Assembly: GCF_000281045.1 (NCBI RefSeq)
Contig: NW_008246073.1
Coordinates: forward strand, 524,323-588,322
Length of the DNA stretch: 64,000 bases
DNA from: Saprolegnia diclina VS20
Taxonomy: Eukaryota
Reading direction: 5' to 3'
Part shown: piece by piece, positions 58,101 to 64,000 of the stretch
How the letters are laid out: every line of letters starts with the position of its first letter
Numbering within the stretch: the first letter of the stretch is position 1
The notes under the pieces: generated by a model
The model's database searches: none
What the model saw: the letters and a program-made list of their open reading frames with translations, nothing else
What the model was told of the DNA's origin: nothing
Program-made: the position numbers and the translations under genes

Positions 58101-58586
58101 GGTGAACGTGAGAAGCGCACCTTCGCGCGAGTCCACGGCCTTGCTCTTGAGCGCGAGACGCGTAAAGTCGATAATGTAGTAACCATGGGCGCTGCCAATC
58201 GTGAGGAGCTCGAGCGCCTTCACAAGGTCGGCGATAGCGGCCTGGCGCTCGTTGCGCGCGACCGAGCCGGACATCGTGTGGAGCATCTTGTCGATGATGG
58301 CCTTGCGCTCGTCAATGTCTTCAACGGCAAGGAACGCAGCGCAGTCTTCCTCGTTGCCGAGGACGCGGGCGAACTCCTTCTCGGGTTCGGCCTCGCTACT
58401 AGAAGAATGCACCGACGATGGGCGCGCGCTGCCGGGCACGAAGGCCTTGACCGCCGGGTTGTACGACGGGGCGGCCGCCGAGACAGCGCTCGGCACGGGG
58501 GCCAGCGGCGCGGGGGCGGGGCGGCCAAACATGGTCGCGTTGGCCGCGGCCTTGGCGGCAAGACGTTCCTTCTGTGCTTTGCCCAT
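55182..58586 (-). CDS. Elongation factor 3 (eEF3/New1-like ABCF ATPase): HEAT repeats, two ABC domains, chromodomain insert
   Basis: FVANVDAATLSLIAPLL, FSLAYGGKILL, GKNGVGKTT, LSGGWRMKLAL, DEPTNHLD, GGNGAGKST, chromo-like IEKIMSRRK..LEYECKLWG, LSGGQKVK, DEPTNYLD. Confidence 0.95.
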   Translation of the reverse strand: MGKAQKERLAAKAAANATMFGRPAPAPLAPVPSAVSAAAPSYNPAVKAFVPGSARPSSVHSSSSEAEPEKEFARVLGNEEDCAAFLAVEDIDERKAIIDKMLHTMSGSVARNERQAAIADLVKALELLTIGSAHGYYIIDFTRLALKSKAVDSREGALLTFTAMGRCDAVSSAIEPIVVEDLVSIMERHADKEPNVRDAAVRLTHSLLDLVNPLATRTFLSQIFVCLELRQWQCKVAALDLLRNFAPRAPTEVSCSLPEVIPKVSEVVWDTKTQVQQAALSALTAACSTIGNDDVLPLVPTLVDVIAHPEKTLATIDALLATTFVANVDAATLSLIAPLLNKALRDTSTNSSALRRKASRIIDSMCRLVSRPSDVAPFVPLLLPQLDTVIERIADQEVAEVASDARACLKRAAGEGSDEEDPAAIRQQLQQNLLAGLHEALEIATHPGLTEFTLTYITDVCAELVTHNRGKEWRGFVLPYLSAHLHDEDADRVCKALRKAGGGLGDDRVVSTDPNDVCDIDFSLAYGGKILLRNARLRLTRGHRYGLVGKNGVGKTTLMRNISNHTIEGLPTHLRTVYVQHEDVVEDNGSLLQSLQAAPELAHNAPEVFETTLVNIGFTREMLDGPIAALSGGWRMKLALVRAMLYNADVLLLDEPTNHLDVHAVQWLVDYLNSLESMTVLLVSHDTGFLDNVCTDVLHYESKQLVLYPGTLAKFVEKHPEAKHYYELSSSDTQFVLPQPGRLEGIASTTRRILSMENCNFTYPGATKPQLVDVNIKLCLASRVAVIGGNGAGKSTLIKMIVQETMPDTGELWKHHNLRIAYVAQHSLHHVEQHLESSPVQYIQWRFGGPGGIDRELAERVDKKESEAAKAEGGKGSIEKIMSRRKGKRGTLEYECKLWGMTESKNRYYTLEELQAMGLGKMAEMEDIRQATLASGMDLRPTTTKEVQKHLDDFNLNAEFGTHGKIRGLSGGQKVKLVIAAAMWTRPHLLVLDEPTNYLDRAALGALADGIRGFAGGCIMISHSEEFYNSLCTEKWLVESGRVRVVGEAQETEYRLGGGKKVIEDEDDPSRAAFGSSNDKMKVTGVIINPKSLRAMSTKDARKMAKCAKAAGRSIEEHVAQLTRESPEWKWLPY

Positions 58587-59018
58587 CGCGTGTGATTCAA
58601 CTATGGCACCCTCGGAGCAGCCCGTCGAATTCCCTTGAAAAAGTATCCTCGTCGACTATACCTGAGACAATGACGTCAAACGGTCGCTTTTTATTGCGCT
58701 CGCACGGTATCACATACAAAAACCAAGAGCATTTTAAAAAAGCAACTAGATTCATTTTCGGCCTTCTTGATTGGATTCGACGTGGATTCCCTCGCGAACC
58801 GAGCTCCACCACCAATCTGCGCGACGGGGCTTCGATTCTCACGCGCTCATTGGCTGAAATGCCACCACGTGTACTGCATTAGGTAATCTAAAAAAGGACG
58901 TCGAGAAATGAATGGCGGTCGCAACGCCCAATGATTGGGTGGCGCTTGACACGCAAAAAGATCGCGCGTGCGTTTTATACTCGGATTCGCCTGTTTAAAC
59001 GCGTCGTGAATCTCAATC

Positions 59019-60423
59019 TCAATCGCGGATCGCGAGCTTGGAGAAGCCAAACAGACTCTCAGCGGCCTTCGACGACGACGAGGACTTGAGTATCGCTGCC
59101 ATCATGTTGTCGAGGAGCTTGACGCACGTAGTACCCACGGCTGCACCATTCCGTCGCACGTGCCGCAGGAGTATCGGCAAAATGTCGACCTCGGGGATCC
59201 TTCGCTCATCGAGCATGAGACCCCATGCTCGCGCTTCTTGGGGCAGCGACACACACTGCCCGTTCTTTGTATACGAGTGCGAGCTCAAGAGCACCGTTCG
59301 GACGCGTGCACTCGTCGGCGCCGTGCGGTCCACAATGCACCTAGATGGCTCAGTCACCAATGTGCCGAGGCGTCCCAACTAGTCTTACCAGTAGAGAGAT
59401 TTGCGATAAAGCGAGCGCGAGCTAGGCACGGCTTCGTCTTCCGTGATCGTTTGCCCCGCAGCGATGAACCGATCGGGTCCATAGTACTTGCGAAAGAGGA
59501 GCTTGGAGCCGTTCGAAACGGGATCGTCTCCAAACGTGGCGCACGAGTACGATATGTTGGTCCCCCGAAGCACCTACCGGTAGTGTTGGTCGAGAAACAC
59601 TGGTGCGGCAGCGTACCTCGCGATCCAGCGGCACCGTGTACATGTGGCTTACGCGCTTCTCGTCGGATGTGAGGCCAGCCATGCTGACCTTGCTCACGAC
59701 ATGCGACTCGACGGCGGCAACGACTTGTTCAAAGCTTGCGCAGTCCACGACGCGCTGGCTGCGCCAGACGTACTGGAGGCAGTCGACGTTGGCGTCATCG
59801 ATGACAAACTCATCGCGCGCGTCCGTGAACGGGTACCGCTCGAGAATCAGATCTGTGTTTTGGTACACGAGGTGTGTGAGCCAGTCAAAGCCGACGTGGC
59901 GCGACTCGGGCGACGCGAGGAGTGCAATCTTGCGAACGGCAAAGATCGGCAGCTCCATCGGGAGGATCTGGCATCCGGATGAGATCGAATGATTGCATCC
60001 GTGGGGTCGTCGTCGTACCTGAGGTGCTGTGTGCCACGTGTCCTCCATGGACCGTGCCATGAGCTTGATGAACTCGACGTACGCCGTCCGCTGCTGTTTA
60101 AGCCGGTGGTTTTCCGAGACCACAAGTTGGGTCTCGTCGTGAAGACCAACTGCGACGTCCTCCCAAGATAGCGCGGGGACGTCGGGTCGTCGTTGGGCAA
60201 GTATAGCCTCGAGATCGGCGACTTCTCGCCGCAGGCTCTCGAGCTCGGACCGCTTCTGATGCACGTAGAGCTGCTGCTTGCCACGGTTGTACTCGCGCCA
60301 CCTGTTCTTCTTGTCCTGGATACGGCGCTTCTCCTTGAGCTCCATGGCCTTGCACTTCCAGTCGTCTTCGTCGCCGCCCGCATCCATGCTCCGGTTGCTG
60401 CTCTCGGCTGTCGCCCGGGCCAT
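59019..60423 (-). CDS. Hypothetical protein: bZIP-like basic/coiled-coil N-terminus plus a possible START-like C-terminal domain (multi-exon)
   Basis: KEKRRIQDKKNRWREYNRGKQQLYVHQKRSELESLRREVADLEAIL, LSWEDVA, GFDWLTHLVYQNTD, FIAAGQTITEDEAVP. Confidence 0.65.
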
Positions 60424-61041
60424 TTCTCGAGTAATCGGTTATCCGGACAACAAATCGTGGGATTGCCGACATGAAACGACCGCCTTTCTTGCCGCACGTT
60501 TCTTGCGTCGTCCGACCGACAGAGTAAAGTGCGTGATAGGACCAGCCATGACCGACTTGCTGCTAATACAAATACCTGTCCTCGCAGAGATTGCTCTGCG
60601 CATCGCTCTCATGTGGTTGCAGAGCTTCTCCGCCCGCAACAGCGTTGACGCCCCTTGATGCCAGACAAATGCGCGGCGAAGCGACGCGGCGTTACCTCGC
60701 GGTACCAGAGTCTGCTTGTTCCGTGCAAAAAATTGTTCTCTCGACGAGTATGCTGCTGAACGTTGAGTTCGACTTCGAACCACCACCTAATCCTGGTCCA
60801 AAGGTGTCTCGCTGCTGCACTGCGTTCGCAGAACCAACGGCGTTGGTAGTGCCCGCGTTCATGCACTCAGATCTCATTACTATCTAATGATGCACACTGC
60901 TGAGATCGTTTGATGAAATCGGTAGCGATGGCTATCATCACCAACATTTATCCAAAAAAGTCCTTTGCACTGGCGACGATGACGACGCGTGAAACCCGAG
61001 CATCCGGATAAACACATTTACCAGAAGTGTCTTCTGTCTCC

Positions 61042-62715
61042 ATGCGAGGTGAGAAGCGCAAGCGGACGCCCACCCGCGCCGATGGCATCCATCCGCGCAA
61101 CAAGTACAAGGTTCCGCCCGACTTTAAGGAGCTCTCTTCTTCGTACCCTTCGCTGCTGCCCTAGTACGCATGTCATCCTTGGTCAGCATCGGCTTATGCG
61201 TCCCATTAGCCTCGTGCCCACGGCGACCGGTAGAATGCACATGCAGTGGCACCTGCCAGACGCCTTGCGGTACGCGCATACCGTCTTCGTTCATTCCATT
61301 ACGTCCATTGGATCGCATAGAGAGCTCACAAAGGCCTTGCTGCACCGAGACTTTGGGCTGACGTGGGATATGCCATCGACCAACCTCTGTCCGACGGTAT
61401 GAACCATGTCCGCTCGGCATCTCAAAAGCATCTATCGACGCATAGTTGACCAACCGACTCAACTACATTCACTGGATCGAAGACCTTCTCCTGCTCTCGC
61501 GACGTATCTATGTTGGCAACGACATTATCGGCATCGACGTTGGCACAGGCGCGTCGTGCATCTATCCACTCCTCGGCCACGCATTGAACCAGTGGCGCTT
61601 TGTCGCGACCGACATTGACGCAGCATCGCTCGAGTGCGCGCGTGCCAACGTCGCCGCCAACAACCTCGAGCAGCACATTTCGCTGCGCCTTGTTGACGGA
61701 GCCGCATGTGTCCTCCCGACGCCACTGCCCCCAGCGGTTGACTTTAGCATGTGCAATCCACCCTTCTTTGACTCGATGGACGAGGCCGACACGAACCCGC
61801 GCGCCCACTGCACGGGGTCGCTGAACGAGATGACGACGCCCGGCGGCGAAGTCGCCTTCATCGAGCGCCTCATTGACGCGAGTCGAGTGCTCCAGACCCA
61901 AGGTACGCTCGTAGTGTTCGTGCTGCTGGAGCTATCAACGACGCTAGTACGCTGGTACACGTCGCTCATTGGGCGCAAAAGCTCGCTTCGTCCACTTCTT
62001 GCGGCGTTGCGCGCCGCTGGTATTCGCAATACGCGCACGACCGAGTTTTTGCAGGGGCGGACGACGCGCTGGGGCCTCGCGTGGTCGTTTACGAATGACG
62101 GCATGGACGCTGCCGACCTCGTACACTGGGCTCAGTTGCGTGGTAATAACATTATCGTGCTCATATAGGCTGCCCACAAGGTGCTTGGGAAGCGCAAGGA
62201 ACGGCAGCGGCGGGATACGATGGCCTTCCACGTCGACCGTCTCGCCCCGATGCAAGGTACTCCTTCTGTTCAAGCACGTTGCGTACAAGCAGTTTCATAG
62301 AAGCTAGTCCTATCCACGGTTGCAGAATGCTATGCGATGTCCATGCCCGCATCCTCGAGAGTCCTGGCCATGTGCTCCAGGTACGACACGGAGCAGTGGC
62401 GGGATTCCGGTTCGACAATGAGTGCGCATGATGTAGGGGTGCTTGGCTGTGGACCCCATGGGCGAAAGCACTGAGGCGAAGAGCGACTACACGCTCACGT
62501 ACGAACGCGACGGAGCGGTCGAGTGGGTCGCTCAAGCGAGCGTTGTGGCCATGGACACAACCTTTGACGTGACGCTGACGTGGCGCGACGGGAAGAGAGA
62601 TCTTTTCTGGCAGATCGCCGACCAGTGGAAAGGCGCGATCGTGCGTACCGGCCGCACGTGGCGGAAGCGCCACCAGGGCTTCTACGTGGATGCGACCGGC
62701 GCCTCCCAAGTATAA
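61042..62715 (+). CDS. METTL16: U6 snRNA m6A methyltransferase METTL16/RlmF family (multi-exon)
   Basis: IHPRNKY..PPDFKEL, LTKALLHRDFGL, LCPT-LTNRLNYIHWIEDLL, GIDVGTGASCIYPLL, CNPPFF, GGEVAFI, WYTSLIG, QGRTTRWGLAWSF. Confidence 0.93.
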
Positions 62716-62833
62716 AGTTCGCGAGGTTAACGTGCGATTGAGTTTCACGTTTTTGAGTTTAAAGTTGACAGCCAACGGCTGCGCACCAATCAACAGAGCG
62801 CGTGCCCGCCAATCTCGTTTAGAGTTGAGAAAC

Positions 62834-63171
62834 ATGTCGGCCCGCGTGACCAAGCAAATCCTGCGCGCGACCGTGCTCGTCGACGAGCCGTCCAAGACGA
62901 AGGGCAAGGCCGCTGACGGCAGCAAGGTCAAGTCCAAGTCGGGTGTTGCGGCAAAGACCAAGCCGCTCAAGAAGCGCCGGCAGTTCCTCGACGAGGCTCG
63001 CATCGAGCGCAGCAAGTCGGACAACACGGCCAAGAACATAGCCGTGCTCACAAAGCTGACCAAGACGCCCAAGGCACAGGATCTCATGAAGAAGGTAGAT
63101 GCTCCTACGACTGACTCGACACTCATACCTCCTGTCTCGTGTAGATCCTCAAGCAAACGCAGCGCTTTTAG
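62834..63171 (+). CDS. Small lysine-rich hypothetical protein (possibly nucleolar), one intron
   Basis: MSARVTKQILR...DNTAKNIAVL...LMKK|ILKQTQRF*; codon usage looks coding. Confidence 0.6.
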
Positions 63172-63469
63172 ACGCGACGCTGCTTCCACCTCGTGTACTA
63201 CCCTATTTTAATCGCCATCGTAATCCACCGCTCCTCTTGCGCGCCCTTCGTGTTTTTGCGGCCATTTGCCGCATAGCTATGCAGCATCAAGCGTTGATCC
63301 GTTAGACACGATCGATCGTTGGCCGTCGTCGTCCACTGCTTGCACCTGCAGGCAACGGCGACGCGTGGCGTCACGTCAACACGACGTTGTAGTTGGCTCA
63401 ACAAGTGTGGTGTACGTTTGTGTGTATTACGAGAGGGACAAGCAAGAGCTCGGTCGGTCGCGGGCGTTC

Positions 63470-63751
63470 TTAGTTGCTAGCGATCGCAACGTTCATAAGC
63501 CATCGCGCGGTTTGCATTCAGTGTAGTACCTTTCGTCCTTGGGCTTGACGACCGTCGCCTTGATGCCGCTTTCGTGCACGTTGACCTTGACGGTATCCAA
63601 GCCGTCAAAGTCGTCCTACGCAGCGTTACATCGGACCTGTATGGGCATGGCCTACCTTGGACATCTGCGAGACCGTGTACGAGAAGACAGAGATGGCAAA
63701 CGTGCTGAGCGCACCGGCGAGGATCAAGTTCTTCTTCAGCACCGAGTTCAT
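63470..63751 (-). CDS. Small single-TM protein resembling cytochrome c oxidase assembly factor 3 (COA3/CCDC56)
   Basis: MNSVLKKNLILAGALSTFAISVFSYTVSQMSK|DDFDGL matches the COA3 pattern N-TM-YT-x-DDF. The 3' end is uncertain. Confidence 0.6.
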
Positions 63752-64000
63752 GGCGGCCACGGATTCAATACAATGCACCGTCGGCCGCGCAGCCTGCATT
63801 GTCCGGATACATCCGGATAGACCGTGCACGAAGTCCACGCTGCGATCCCTCGGTTTAGAGACAGTATCCAAAAGACATGCGCCGCGGCACCTCTACGTGG
63901 AAAGGGACATGTCTTTAAAGACAGGGGACTCCGGATAACAGAGCTTTACGCTGTTGCTGTATCCGGATGATAAGCGTCTATACAAAAGGCGAGACAACAT

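Noticed and set aside
55173..58595. 1140-aa plus-strand ORF antisense to eEF3
   Set aside because: It is the mirror frame of a strongly codon-biased, GC3-rich gene and has no recognisable motifs. The same effect appears opposite LysRS, NMT and STAG.

Overview
Gene-dense eukaryotic DNA with many short (about 40-55 nt) GT-AG introns. The gene content (eEF3, multi-PDZ proteins, FYVE proteins) points to an oomycete, probably Saprolegniales; this is an inference. An assembly gap at 449-1325 is flanked by a near-perfect 93-bp inverted repeat. About 27 protein-coding genes follow: LysRS, Sec14/GOLD, ABHD17-like hydrolase, PGAP1, EF-hand/LRR, FYVE, three tandem PDZ-only genes, CK2-beta, saccharopine dehydrogenase, NMT, kinesin-14, STAG/Scc3, a GH5 glycolipid hydrolase, RPL34, AP-2 sigma, an RRM/RGG protein, eEF3, METTL16, a COA3-like gene and several hypotheticals. 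The strongest candidate for novelty is an intronless gene (12180-13256, minus) whose product aligns by eye as an H4-like histone fold, an acidic linker, a truncated H3-like fold and a coiled coil. Also notable are a Sec14 protein with four consecutive 99-nt exons each encoding one 33-aa RRxS repeat, a LysRS with a C-terminal GST/EF1B-like appendage, and a 7-exon secreted ependymin-like gene missed by the ORF track. All domain calls come from visual motif recognition; no searches were run.
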